Of a DNA stretch of 64,000 nt, positions 25,046 to 38,276 are shown one piece after another. Position 1 is the first letter of the stretch. Every line of letters starts with the position of its first letter. Location: contig NC_068982.1 of assembly GCF_001194135.2 (NCBI RefSeq), positions 21,306,127 to 21,370,126 of the forward strand, given 5' to 3'. The notes under the pieces are model-generated. The model did no database searches. It was given only the letters and a program-made list of their open reading frames with translations, and was not told where the DNA came from. The DNA is from Octopus bimaculoides (Eukaryota). A program made the translations under genes and the position numbers.

Positions 25046-27069
25046 ATATATATACCCTTCACCTACATTTTAAAAAAGATATGTATGTATATCTGTGTGT
25101 ATGAATATGCTTGTATCTGACTGTAATAGAGTTGTGTCTAACTCCGATTACTAAGATTCCACTCAAACAGCTTACTCAAACTAAGTTCACAGCAGAATAT
25201 ACACATCCTAATTTCTTCTGCAATATGATTGAAGCCAGGGTCATCTTGTTTTATAGGCGATGATTGAACCTATTGTCTTGTCTGTGGCTCTTAAACAAGA
25301 AGTTGTTACGTAAATGATTGACTGGATGTCATGAACCAAGTTTTTTATATTCTAGCAATATATATTGGCGTCCTCATGTTGATATTGTCTATGCAATTTA
25401 AGTAAAACGTTACTTTTTTAGTATCGCTTGACAGACTCTTGCTCACATATGTCACTCAAAAAGAAAAGGAAAACCGTGCAACCAAACAGCGTTTCTATAA
25501 ATATGGAGGAGAGAATTTATGTTAAAAATTTATTACATAACTCAAACCTCAGTTCGTATCGTAACGGCCCATAAACTACTGGATCATCGGAGAACTTGGG
25601 AGCTATTTGATTTCATTCTTCAATTTTAAAGTACATGTAATAGAATGTGTTTCTTTGAAACCCCATTTTTGATCGATGCGAAGAGATGACCTCAGCTCTG
25701 TAAACTAATATAAAACACATTAATTATGTATTAAACACACAGAATATAATATTGGATATTCACATTCATAAAATGTGGTTTTTACTGAGAAATTGATAAA
25801 TATATTGCCTTTGCTAAACACATAGTGCATTGTAATTCATAGTATGTATGTGTATGCATACATCAACGGCTTAGCGAACAGATTTGGCTAACCAACAGGA
25901 GATCTCTTATAACAGTGTTAAAAATCATTTTCCATGGAACTGTGACCTTTAAATAACTATGAAAGATTATTTTTGCACAGATCTCGCCCACCCCAATATT
26001 ATTAAAAATTCATGCAAACAAGCATACAAAGAGAAACAAGATCACATACAACTCGTGCAAGTCGATAAAATAAATATGTCTATCAAATTTCGTTAAGAAA
26101 TTGTATAAACATCCATGCGTAGCAATAGATAAATCCAATCAATAACCGACAACCTGTACTTATTAGTACACATCCTCTATCCGTTTGTGCCTCACATACT
26201 CTCTAACATAGTCGCATTTTATCATATTCATAAACACACACATGTACTGAGTTATATACATACAGACATAAATTCAGCTACATGTACGTCTGTGTCTGTA
26301 TGTGTCTGTTGTGTAAAGTGAGTGTGTATTGTATAATCAAACACAATATTATAGACTTTAATGCGTTGCCCAATAAAATAAATAACTCTCAAAAGAAATG
26401 AGATATAAAAGTAGACTAACAGTCAGGGTATGAAGTTGGCTTTACTATTTATAGCTATGCTTATTCAACTACGTTATTTGATTAGAAAAGAAAATAATAT
26501 ATTGTTTGAATTATCTTTAGTCAATTTTTTTCGACTACGGTTTTAAGCGTCACATGAGGGGCATCTCTGTGTGTCTATATTTGCCATTGTGGTTCATATC
26601 ATGCAATTTCATGTAAGTAAAATTAACTGTAGATTTACATTTTTCGAACGTAATGGTGCAGATTCCAAATGCAATACTTGACAATTCGAAATGATTTAGT
26701 TTCATATCTACGGTTGATGTATGTTTGGAAAGCCAATAATAATGCTTTTCAATCAATTAATTCCAGATGTTACATACTGATTAACACCATATAAGTAAAT
26801 GTATAAGTCATACCGAGACCAAGCAAACAACAATCGTTATTGACAAATGTTGATTCTCTGGGAAATTCTCGTGAGATAAGATTCATTTCCGAGTTTTGTC
26901 CATGTCTCATGGGACCTGAGCTGTTTCGCTGAAGATTGAACTCGAAGTGCGAGCTTAGTCAAGTGTTTCTATGTCAGACTAGTTGTAGCGCAGTCATGCG
27001 GATATTACCTCGCCACATCAACAGTGTTGATGTTGTCGACGAAAAAGCGAAGTACTGATATAGGATAAC

Positions 27070-27285
27070 ATTCCTTTCTACTCTAGGCACAAGACCCGAA
27101 ATTTTGGGGGAGGGTGCCAGTCAATGAGATCGATCCCAGTACGCAGCTGGTACTTAATTTATCGACCCTGAAAGGATGAAAAGTAAAGTCGACCTCAGCG
27201 GATTTTGAACTCAAAACGTAAAGACAAACGAAATAGCACTAAGCTTTTCGTTGGATGTGCTAACGTTTCTGCCAGCTCACCGCCT
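27070..27285 (-). mobile_element. SINE family A, near full length
   Basis: Minus strand reads AGGCGGTGAGCTGGCAGAAACGTTAGCAC..GAGTTCAAAATCC..GACTTTACTTTTCATCCTTTCAGGGTCGATAAATTAAGTACCAG. Confidence 0.9.
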
Positions 27286-27660
27286 AGATACAGGATAAGA
27301 CTGGCGTCGTCACTAACCTTATCATCAGAACGCAAAGAACTATTGCACTTAAATGGCAATCATCCGCTGATCAAAGGGTAACGTTTATTCAACGGCCTCA
27401 ATACAGACACACATACATATCCTTCATACGCAAGCATGCGTACCAACTTCTATATATGTGAGTATGAGTAGAAATATATGCATACATTCAAGCAGGCATG
27501 CACATTCACGGATACGTATATATGCACATACACACACATAAATATAAGAATACTCATATGCGTACATACAAACACGTTTATGCACATATATACGCACACG
27601 TACTTATGTATATACACAACTAAACCAAACTTAGAAGAAACGCTCCAATGAAACATTGGC

Positions 27661-27851
27661 CCCAAGTTTTGGTAGGTCAGCAATTCTGGGGAGCGGGTAA
27701 GCCGATTATATGGACCCCAGTGATCAATTGGTACTTGTTTTATCGACTTTGAAAGGATGAAAGGTAAAATCGGCCTGGGTGGAATTTGAACTCAGAACGT
27801 CTAGCCAGACATTTTGCACGGGGTGCTTTTGTTTGTACTAGCTGGTCGCCC
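27661..27851 (-). mobile_element. SINE family A subfamily copy
   Basis: GGTACTTGTTTTATCGAC..GAAAGGATGAAAGG..GGAATTTGAACTCAGAACG. Confidence 0.75.
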
Positions 27852-28292
27852 TGCTCGAGTAGAATACTGAAACTGATGCTACAGCTTCGACGATACAAGA
27901 ATGAACTAGCACGATTATTTGAATAGTTCAGCTATTTAATTTGATTTCAATAGGTTTCTAGACGTATAGATTCCTTGTTTTTGAGGTGCGGAAACACGTG
28001 GATGGGAATATACTCTTTACTCTCTCTCTCNNNNNNNNNNNNNNNNNNNNNNNNNNNNNNNNNNNNNNNNNNNNNNNNNNNNNNNNNNNNNNNNNNNNNN
28101 NNNNNNNNNNNNNNNNNNNNNNNNNNNNNNNNNNNNNNNNNNNNNNNNNNNNNNNNNNNNNNNNNNNNNNNNNNNNNNNNNNNNNNNNNNNNNNNNNNNN
28201 NNNNNNNNNNNNNNNNNNNNNNNNNNNNNNNNNNNNNNNNNNNNNNNNNNNNNNNNNNNNNNNNNNNNNNNNNNNNNNNNNNNNNNNNNNNN

Positions 28293-28337
<45 letters not shown>

Positions 28338-28343
28338 CATATA

Positions 28344-28416
28344 TACGACAGGCTTCTTTCAGTTTCCGTCTACCAAATCCACTCATAAGGCTTTGGTCGA
28401 TCCGAGGCTATAGTAG
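28344..28416 (-). mobile_element. SINE family D core fragment
   Basis: GGCTTCTTTCAGTTTCCGTCTACCAAATCCACTCATAAGGCTTTGGTCG is the reverse complement of the core in 15079-15245. Confidence 0.75.
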
Positions 28417-28849
28417 CCTGTTGTACAGATATTCTTTAGAATCACATCGCATCTATCCTTGTTAACCCAGTAGTAATTAATTCCAGGGAATATATGTTTT
28501 GTTTTCTTTCCCTTTTTTGTAGGTAGAACAAACGAATAGCCTTCTTTGCTATTTAAATTTAGTGTGCAAGGATTAATTGTCTTTGTTATATTCAGGGTCT
28601 ACGGAAATATTATCATATGAAAGCCTACGTCATGAATTCTAAGTCGTTTGCATACCCTAACATACTTTATGAAGAACACATTCTTATTGGATATAAATTA
28701 AATTGAACACTGAGCCCACGAGCTAATGAAGTTGGTAGATCGCATTTATCTTATGTGATTGAGCGTACAACACAGGTCGGTTGAACAAGACGCCGTCTTA
28801 TCATAAAGTTATGCACCTTTGCAGCTGTTGGTATTTATTGTTACTCGAT

Positions 28850-28945
28850 TTAACTGAACCAACAGGAAATAAAGTGCGGGGCTGAGGACAAAAGACAACG
28901 CCCGGTTCGCTTTGGGAATGAAACACTTGATTTTCGTGAACTTGT
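28850..28945 (-). mobile_element. Highly degenerate CORE-like SINE fragment (family B or C)
   Basis: GAAATAAAGTGCGGGGCTGAGGACAAAAGACAACGCC resembles the reverse of the CORE segment of the copies at 12681 and 20028. Confidence 0.35.
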
Positions 28946-30748
28946 TTCCAACTTGAAATGTCCTTGTATATGCTAAAAAATGATCTTGAAATGGAAAAGT
29001 ATACCGAATCTCCTGAAATTCATACTATTCTCAAAGTCATTTGTAGTGTACACAATTAATTTAGATATAAATATCAAATTAGGTATTGTAATATAAATGA
29101 CTCTCCCGTAGATAATACAGACAATTTTCCGATGGATAATAATGACAAATTTCCAGGTCTAATAGCGAAAATAATTTTTGTACAGCCATAAGCGAAAATT
29201 ATTTGGGAAAACAATAATACTACTTTCTTGTACTAAAACGAAACCTGATATATTTTCTTTCCTTTTTAATAAGGCATGTTTCCACAATTGCAAAGTTTGC
29301 CAACATATTATTAAAATACGGGAAAATAAATAGCTCAATATATAGCTCATTGTAAAGAGTGGGTGGGGAAAATTCATAAAACTAACAAATAATCTGTATG
29401 GATTAACTATTTTACGGAATAAAAAACAAACAAAACAATACAGATGTATATATAATGTAACATAGGAGAAAGTAAATGCAAATACAAAAAACAAAAATAT
29501 ATACAACGTATTTAAGCAGAAACGTGAGTGGGACAGTTTATTTCCTCTGTTTTCAGGAAAAAAAAGACAGATAGAAGAAAATATACGACTAGACATAAAT
29601 TCAAATAGCTGGAAAGGCGTCAAAATGACTCATGTCGGCAGTATACTAATGAAGATTATTTTCCTAGATAATTAAATAGAAACCTTTTCNNNNNNNNNNN
29701 NNNNNNNNNNNNNNNNNNNNNNNNNNNNNNNNNNNNNNNNNNNNNNNNNNNNNNNNNNNNNNNNNNNNNNNNNNNNNNNNNNNNNNNNNNNNNNNNNNNN
29801 NNNNNNNNNNNNNNNNNNNNNNNNNNNNNNNNNNNNNNNNNNNNNNNNNNNNNNNNNNNNNNNNNNNNNNNNNNNNNNNNNNNNNNNNNNNNNNNNNNNN
29901 NNNNNNNNNNNNNNNNNNNNNNNNNNNNNNNNNNNNNNNNNNNNNNNNNNNNNNNNNNNNNNNNNNNNNNNNNNNNNNNNNNNNNNNNNNNNNNNNNNNN
30001 NNNNNNNNNNNNNNNNNNNNNNNNNNNNNNNNNNNNNNNNNNNNNNNNNNNNNNNNNNNNNNNNNNNNNNNNNNNNNNNNNNNNNNNNNNNNNNNNNNNN
30101 NNNNNNNNNNNNNNNNNNNNNNNNNNNNNNNNNNNNNNNNNNNNNNNNNNNNNNNNNNNNNNNNNNNNNNNNNNNNNNNNNNNNNNNNNNNNNNNNNNNN
30201 NNNNNNNNNNNNNNNNNNNNNNNNNNNNNNNNNNNNNNNNNNNNNNNNNNNNNNNNNNNNNNNNNNNNNNNNNTATATGTATGTATATATATAATGTTGT
30301 GTTAAAAACAAAAGTAGATGTTGCAGTATTATAGGAAATAAATATGTTCCTACATGAATTGTAGTTTTCTCATGAACACAGTACGAGAATGGAAAAAGCA
30401 GAATGTATACACAGTTGGACACACACCGACACACACATAGAAAGGCGCGCGCGCTCACACTCATACACACACATATACACACACAAGCCCGCACACATAG
30501 CCATATGTGTTTGTCTGCTCCCATGTAGTTTATATATACACACGCATTTCACTTTAGAAATAGGGAGATGAAATAATACGAATATAATGTTACCGACCAA
30601 ACTAATCGATCTAGAACAATAAAACAGTAAATCAACTGCCATGTAATTTCAATTCACAAGAGTGAAACGCCAAATTAAATATAATAATGATTTCTTTACT
30701 TAGTTCTCTCAGTCTGTCTGTATGTCTGTCTGACTGTCTGACTGTCTG

Positions 30749-30780
<32 letters not shown>

Positions 30781-31150
30781 NNNNNNNNNNNNNNNNNNNN
30801 NNNNNNNNNNNNNNNNNNNNNNNNNNNNNNNNNNNNNNNNNNNNNNNNNNNNNNNNNNNNNNNNNNNNNNNNNNNNNNNNNNNNNNNNNNNNNNNNNNNN
30901 NNNNNNNNNNNNNNNNNNNNNNNNNNNNNNNNNNNNNNNNNNNNNNNNNNNNNNNNNNNNNNNNNNNNNNNNNNNNNNNNNNNNNNNNNNNNNNNNNNNN
31001 NNNNNNNNNNNNNNNNNNNNNNNNNNNNNNNNNNNNNNNNNNNNNNNNNNNNNNNNNNNNNNNNNNNNNNNNNNNNNNNNNNNNNNNNNNNNNNNNNNNN
31101 NNNNNNNNNNNNNNNNNNNNNNNNNNNNNNNNNNNNNNNNNNNNNNNNNN

Positions 31151-31214
<64 letters not shown>

Positions 31215-32591
31215 ACGTGCGCGTATCTCGAAGTATATATGTCTGTAAGTTAATGTCTGTATAGGTATCTGTGTCTCCGGTCGTCATTATTTGTCAGTCT
31301 CTTAGTCACGTTGATCGTTCGGAAGTGTAGGTTAAAGGTACCAGTGTTTGTGGAATGTCCAACTACTTAAGCTATGATTAAATGGGAAGATAGATTTCTT
31401 GATCCAACAAATGAATATTTATCGCGGAAACCGATGAACATAAAGGAAAATCTAATTGTGAAAATAAAATTTCTACACGCATTTTCTACGCACTTATACA
31501 AACATACAAAACATATCTCCTGTTGCGAGGATATGGAAAAGTTGCACTTCACTGAAAGATATTCAGCACTCAGGTTTAATAATTTCTCATTTTTATTTTC
31601 ATCTTTTTTTTTCTAATTATTTCGACAGTTAATCACTGTGTCTCATCTCTAAATAGATTAAGACATTTCTGAAAGGAAGTGGATCGGACAGTTTTCTGTC
31701 GTAGTTGTGAAAAATTGTTCATGTCCACAGATATTAGCTGTATGTAGTACATTCTCGGTGGAGAGCTATGCTTCTCTGGCAGTCCGAGTCAACTAATTCA
31801 GAACTGACAAATCCAATCTGACTTGTAATACTGTAATTTTGAGATCCTGAATCCAAGATAAAGTGATTTTGGCGATCTATATAAGATGTTGAAGAAATAA
31901 AATTATTATACTGATAGGGCTTTGAATAAAAGATATGAAACATAACCATTGATGGAAAGAAATATAATTCTGTGTGATTCACTATAACATACAATTAATG
32001 CCCATTCCGCGGTTGGAGATTTATGGCGCTGTTTGTGCATGCTGTTTAACCCGCGGCCGGCATTGACTGAGAATGCCTATTGTCAAAAGCATTGAAAATC
32101 ATAAATGCCTAGTGTTCCAATGTGATTTTTGGACATTGTCCAATGGAATTTTCATGTGAAAAGATGTAATAACAGAAACCTTACTTGGTATTTCTGAAAA
32201 GTTGAGATATTTGGCTGCGTAGATATCATTTCGTTCAATTTTGAGACGGGAGATTTCTATACAAGTGTGTATGTCACCTTGGAATGACATGTTCTCTGAT
32301 AACTTTCAGAATCAATGTAGAGAATATAAGCGAAGTTGATATAGCGTCTCGATGCTTTCATATTACAATTCAATAAAGAAGAATTTAAATCGAAATACCA
32401 AGATCATCGCATATACTACAACACTACATATTTTAATGTAATGTTATCTGCGTTGTTTTCATCGCATGAATCTATTAGGAGCTCATAAAAGGGTATATAC
32501 AGTTTTAAATAAATAATATGTGTCTCTCTCCAAATGGTATATTTTTTACTGATCTAACCGTCATGGATCAGAACTCTCTCTCTCTTTCTGT

Positions 32592-32622
<31 letters not shown>

Positions 32623-32974
32623 NNNNNNNNNNNNNNNNNNNNNNNNNNTATATATATGTGTATATATATATATGTATATATATGTATGTATGTGTGTATG
32701 TATGTATGTATGTATGTATGTATATACACACGCACACACGAACACACACACACACAATCCACATAAACCATTAAATATCAGGTGTTATGACAGGTGGGTA
32801 TATTTATATAAACAGTTAATATCCGTAGGACTACAGCCGTTTAGCGATTGAATTTCAGCTGCATAGAACTCTGCGTTACACTCCTCCATACTGTATTAAT
32901 ATGTGTTATAATATCCGAATTCTTCAAGAGGAGATTTTTATGAAAGCTACGAGATTCAATGTACTCAAAATTTG

Positions 32975-33008
<34 letters not shown>

Positions 33009-33445
33009 NNNNNNNNNNNNNNNNNNNNNNNNNNNNNNNNNNNNNNNNNNNNNNNNNNNNNNNNNNNNNNNNNNNNNNNNNNNNNNNNNNNNNNNNNNNN
33101 NNNNNNNNNNNNNNNNNNNNNNNNNNNNNNNNNNNNNNNNNNNNNNNNNNNNNNNNNNNNNNNNNNNNNNNNNNNNNNNNNNNNNNNNNNNNNNNNNNNN
33201 NNNNNNNNNNNNNNNNNNNNNNNNNNNNNNNNNNNNNNNNNNNNNNNNNNNNNNNNNNNNNNNNNNNNNNNNNNNNNNNNNNNNNNNNNNNNNNNNNNNN
33301 NNNNNNNNNNNNNNNNNNNNNNNNNNNNNNNNNNNNNNNNNNNNNNNNNNNNNNNNNNNNNNNNNNNNNNNNNNNNNNNNNNNNNNNNNNNNNNNNNNNN
33401 NNNNNNNNNNNNNNNNNNNNNNNNNNNNNNNNNNNNNNNNNNNNN

Positions 33446-34330
33446 CTCTTCCGAAATTCGCCCCAGCCAAATGATTTTAATGACTGCGGAATAAGTGATA
33501 ATCAGATGGGGCAACGTCCGGCAAATATGATGGGTCGGCCATTGTTTCCCATTCAAACTGCTCCGGTCTTTGCAATGTCATCCTCGATGTATGTGGCTGA
33601 TCATTATTCTGACGGAAGAACACATTTCGTCGTGAAACCAAAGATGATCGTTTTTCTTCCAATGCTGACTTAAGCCCTTCATGGTGCTTACCGTAGATTT
33701 CATCTGTTATCGTTTGCTTTGGTTTTCAAAGTTAAAAGTAGACTAAACGTTTCATACCCACCAAAAAAATAACATCTTCTGAGGGTGAAAGCCTTCTTTA
33801 GCCTGGGGTGCCTGTGTTTCTCCTTTACCTACCCACTGTCTTAGGCTCCTGAAAGTTTTATAAAGAACCTATTTCTCGTAACCAGTTACTATTCTGTCCA
33901 AAATATGTTCATTCGTGAGGAGGTGTGACAGCAAAGACGAGAACACTTTCACTCTCCACGAACGATTAGACTCGAAATGTTTGTACGGAACCCATTGAAC
34001 GAATTTGCTGACTTTTCCGAAGGCACGCAAATCTCGACAAATGGCTGAATGACCAAATCCAAGCTTCTCTGCTATTACAAATACGATGGGATTTTGTTCC
34101 ACGATTTTTGCAAGATGTCCTTGAAAAAATCCACAGATCTTTCAGGACAAGGCTCGTCTTCTACGCTGTAGTTCGGCTCAGAATTTGTGAAATCACCATT
34201 ATCACTGTCTTACACTTATTGTATTATACACATATAGGGCATTAATATGCTTCGCAGTTTCCCTTGCGTTGTTGCCATTATTGAACTCATAAAGCAACAT
34301 ATCCGGAATATGCCCCTTTGTCACTTCCAT
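33446..34330 (-). pseudogene. mariner DD34D transposase pseudogene
   Basis: MEVTKGHI..YEFNNGNNARETAKHIN..SVEDEP..VEQNP..KFVQWVPYK..DRIVTGYEK*..FHPQKML..QTIT..RQNNDQPHT..YLPDVAPSDYHLFRS. There are 34 residues between the (mutated) second D and the third D. Confidence 0.9.
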
Positions 34331-34507
34331 CATAGTTTTGAAAAAATAAATGTTAAAATCCAATTTCGCTTTTCAATACTTGCGCTAAGAAGTTCAAGGT
34401 AAAAGTATTTCCTCCTTTTATAGCATGTGGATGCAGGTAGTTTATCCCATCTCCCTCCGAATTAAGTTCATGCGATTGAAAAACCGCAGAATTTATGAGA
34501 CGACTCA
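33446..34507 (-). mobile_element. mariner DNA transposon, decayed; 3' end lost in gap
   Basis: 5' TIR-like TA|TGAGTCGTCTCATAAATTCTGCGGTTTTT shares GCGGTTTTT with Hsmar1-type TIRs and sits next to (TA)n. TATAAAA lies at 34422-34416, followed by a transposase remnant. Confidence 0.85.
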
Positions 34508-37161
34508 TATATATGTATATGTGTGTGTGTATTTATATATATATANNNNNNNNNNNNNNNNNNNNNNNNNNNNNNNNNNNNNNNNNNNNNNNNNNNNNNN
34601 NNNNNNNNNNNNNNNNNNNNNNNNNNNNNNNNNNNNNNNNNNNNNNNNNNNNNNNNNNNNNNNNNNNNNNNNNNNNNNNNNNNNNNNNNNNNNNNNNNNN
34701 NNNNNNNNNNNNNNNNNNNNNNNNNNNNNNNNNNNNNNNNNNNNNNNNNNNNNNNNNNNNNNNNNNNNNNNNNNNNNNNNNNNNNNNNNNNNNNNNNNNN
34801 NNNNNNNNNNNNNNNNNNNNNNNNNNNNNNNNNNNNNNNNNNNNNNNNNNNNNNNNNNNNNNNNNNNNNNNNNNNNNNNNNNNNNNNNNNNNNNNNNNNN
34901 NNNNNNNNNNNNNNNNNNNNNNNNNNNNNNNNNNNNNNNNNNNNNNNNNNNNNNNNNNNNNNNNNNNNNNNNNNNNNNNNNNNNNNNNNNNNNNNNNNNN
35001 NNNNNNNNNNNNNNNNNNNNNNNNNNNNNNNNNNNNNNNNNNNNNNNNNNNNNNNNNNNNNNNNNNNNNNNNNNNNNNNNNNNNNNNNNNNNNNNNNNNN
35101 NNNNNNNNNNNNNNNNNNNNNNNNNNNNNNNNNNNNNNNNNNNNNNNNNNNNNNNNNNNNNNNNNNNNNNNNNNNNNNNNNNNNNNNNNNNNNNNNNNNN
35201 NNNNNNNNNNNNNNNNNNNNNNNNNNNNNNNNNNNNNNNNNTATATATATACATACACACACATACACATACACACATACACACATACACACACACCTAC
35301 ATATATATATTTCAAAATCTCTCTCCGTTGAAAAATTGAGGTTAAAATAAACACTAGTTTCCTTGAAAAGGACGTATTTGAGTTAATGACGTATTTTCTA
35401 AAATACTAATTTTGTAATCAACCACTATTCTGTACACCGTTTTACGTTTACTCTATGAATTTCTAATCCATACTTCCGCAATTAGATCTCAGTCTATAAT
35501 TTACTGATTAAGCTTAAATATGTCCAAAGATGTCACCGGAAAATATTTTTAAAACATGAGATAGCTTAGTCATTCTTAGATTATTATTATTATTTTGTCC
35601 TCGCTGCATAGGTATCAGATTTGTACTGCAACATTAACTTCATACTTATTTTTCATGAAATGTCCACTCTCGATTTAGAATTATATATAGACTGAATTAG
35701 ATATTGAAAAAGTGTATGACGAATATTTCCTTGTGATGGTAGGAGTCGTATTTTTATGGTGATTATTCACCACCACTACTACTGTTTAGCAGATGCCGCC
35801 ATTGTGAATTTAGGAAAAAGATGTTTTTTACACATAATTACCGTTTCCTTCTTTGACTGGACACCATAAACCGTAGCATTGTCTATATATCTGTTGCTAC
35901 CGTTTAGAATTTATGATTTCATTGCCTCTTTAGCTATTCCTACAGGTAACATTCCTGTTATTTTTACAAACTCGTCCATAATAAAATGACAAAATTCTTA
36001 TTATTACTGTTATCAAAGTCAATATTATTGTCATTACCATAGGAATTTGTGCAGCTATTACAAGTACACATCACAGCCATAAAATGCAGAACTTTTGCTT
36101 CCGTTACATGCCTTTCACGCCCGGAAAACTGCTTTTTATGTCTGACTATTTGAACTCATAACTTTCTATCAAAAGAAATATTTTTCACAAAATTACATTA
36201 TTTCTTGCTCAAGGGATTCCATACGTTTTTAAACGAGAATATCGAATTATTCGTATGCACATTTTCTTTTAATAGCGAATGGTTCTCACAAATAGAATTT
36301 ATATACACTAAAATTAATAGTAGTGACTATACATTGGTTTAAGACCACAGAGCTTTACTTAGTGGATATGACCGTCTGTAAACTTCGGAATACCAACAGT
36401 AACGTATGTATTTATTACAGTGAGATGTAGTCTGAATATAGGCAATTTTACAGAAACACAGAAACATAGAACATTCAGATTTGAAACTTCTAACACGGCA
36501 TTATATTCTGAAGAGTTTGGTAACTCATCACTAAATAAAGAACAATCCAAGAAATTGTACTCGAATGTAATTTAGTAGAACCATTCAGAACGTCAGTCTG
36601 ACTATTTTTACTCGCATTTTAAAAGATTCACAGAAGCCGATGTCATTTGTTTCCAGTAATACATGTTAATTCATGAAGTACACAAGAAATATGTAGAGAT
36701 AAGAGTCTTTTGAGGATAAAGAGATTTGATATGTATTTAATATGCATATACTTAAGCGTGTCACGCGACACATTTATTTTTCACTCACTCTATGTTGATA
36801 TATTCAAGGTAAATATCGAGGATTACATTGGCGTTGTGAGACACGTCAAAAAGATGCTGCTTGAATTATATTTATTTCTTCAAATATCTACCACAATATA
36901 ACGCAAGCCTAGCATTGCATCATATCGATTCACCTATGTACGTATGCCAATATATGTTGAGATAATTCTGAGATGTTTAATTTCCCGATGAATGAAAATT
37001 TAACGAAAAATAAATTAAAACAAAATTACGCATGTTTGGGAATATATTCTATATTCCTTGTAATGAAGAATACAGAAAAATGTGAAAGATACTGTCATAT
37101 TCATTTAAATTTAACGGAACCTAAATACTTAAATGTATTGTTAATGTTGTAAAAGCGAAGA

Positions 37162-37490
37162 AAGCGGTAAGCTACCAGAATTGTTAGCACGCCGAGAAAA
37201 ATGCTTAGCGGCATTTTCAGGATCGATAAAATATGTACAAGTTGAACACTGAGGCCAATGTAATCCACTTAGCTCTCTTCCAAAATCACTCGCAGAATTG
37301 TTATTATGCCGAGCAAAATGCTTAGTGGTATTTCGTCCGTCTTTATGATCTGAGTTCAAGTGCCACCGTAATCGACATTTCACCCTGAATTGGATCGATA
37401 AAATTAGTACCAACTCAGTACTGGGATCCATTTCATTGACTTAGCCCTCTCAGGAAATTGCTGGCCTTGTGCCAAAATTTGAAACCAATA
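37162..37490 (+). mobile_element. Head-to-tail dimer of SINE family A
   Basis: Two heads (AGAATTGTTAGCACGCCGAGAAAATGCTTAGCGG at about 37178 and AGAATTGTTATTATGCCGAGCAAAATGCTTAGTGG at about 37295), each followed by GGATCGATAAAAT..GTAC. The dimer ends GGCCTTGTGCCAAAATTTGAAACC. Confidence 0.8.
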
Positions 37491-38212
37491 TTGTAAATGC
37501 AAAGTGTATGGATTTCCTGGAGGATTAGAACATAGAAAACATGCCTTGCGAAATTTAGTTACAACCATTTATCGTCTCCATCTGAATATTGTTGAGCTTA
37601 TATTAGCAATTCTTCTATTTGGGATCGCTGAAATGAGGTGTCAGTAAAGTCGGTGATATTATTCTGCAAAATCAATACCGAAATCAATAATAATAATGAT
37701 TGTTTAGCGTAACAGAATGCAAAGTCTTCAGATCATTGGTCAAAATATGATGCTGCATTCAGTTTATATTTCCTTATTTTCTAAATTCAATTCATGTTCG
37801 ATAAAATTATTGTCAATCTTCAGGAGTTCCACGAAGCAAGAACGAGTGAATTATCATGCTTCATTAAGTAGTCCGTAACATCCGGCCGAATATATATAGT
37901 TTTTTTTTACATTTTTTGGAAAAACTGATCATTTTATTCTAAAATTTGGCACTCGGATAGTAGAAATCATAGCGTGTCCACCATTTTATTTGACATACTT
38001 AATTTACTGATGTGGTTCAGATTTCCATGCTGAAATACAGATCGTATTATACCTTTTATCCACTTCCTATCATATTCCTAAATTGATTCAGATCATTACA
38101 TTCCATCATGAAATCTTTGGTGCTTTGTCAATACCAAAAATCCTAATCTTCATTTTCACTTACATCACTATAATTAAAATCATCTATATCTCATTCAGAC
38201 CCAAACACACAA

Positions 38213-38276
<64 letters not shown>

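Noticed and set aside
27015-27033. Palindrome ACATCAACA-G-TGTTGATGT; also a 40-nt hairpin at 17508-17547
   Set aside because: Isolated short inverted repeats, too short for a pre-miRNA, with no supporting context.
29159-29623. 154-aa hydrophobic ORF on the minus strand
   Set aside because: The strand is T-rich and stop-poor, so the hydrophobicity is compositional. A rough estimate says one ORF of this length is not unexpected in the window, and no family motif is present.
31734-31994. ILDSGSQNYSIT resembling the BEL/Pao aspartic-protease motif
   Set aside because: No gag, RT, integrase or LTR sequence is nearby, and a single motif could be chance.
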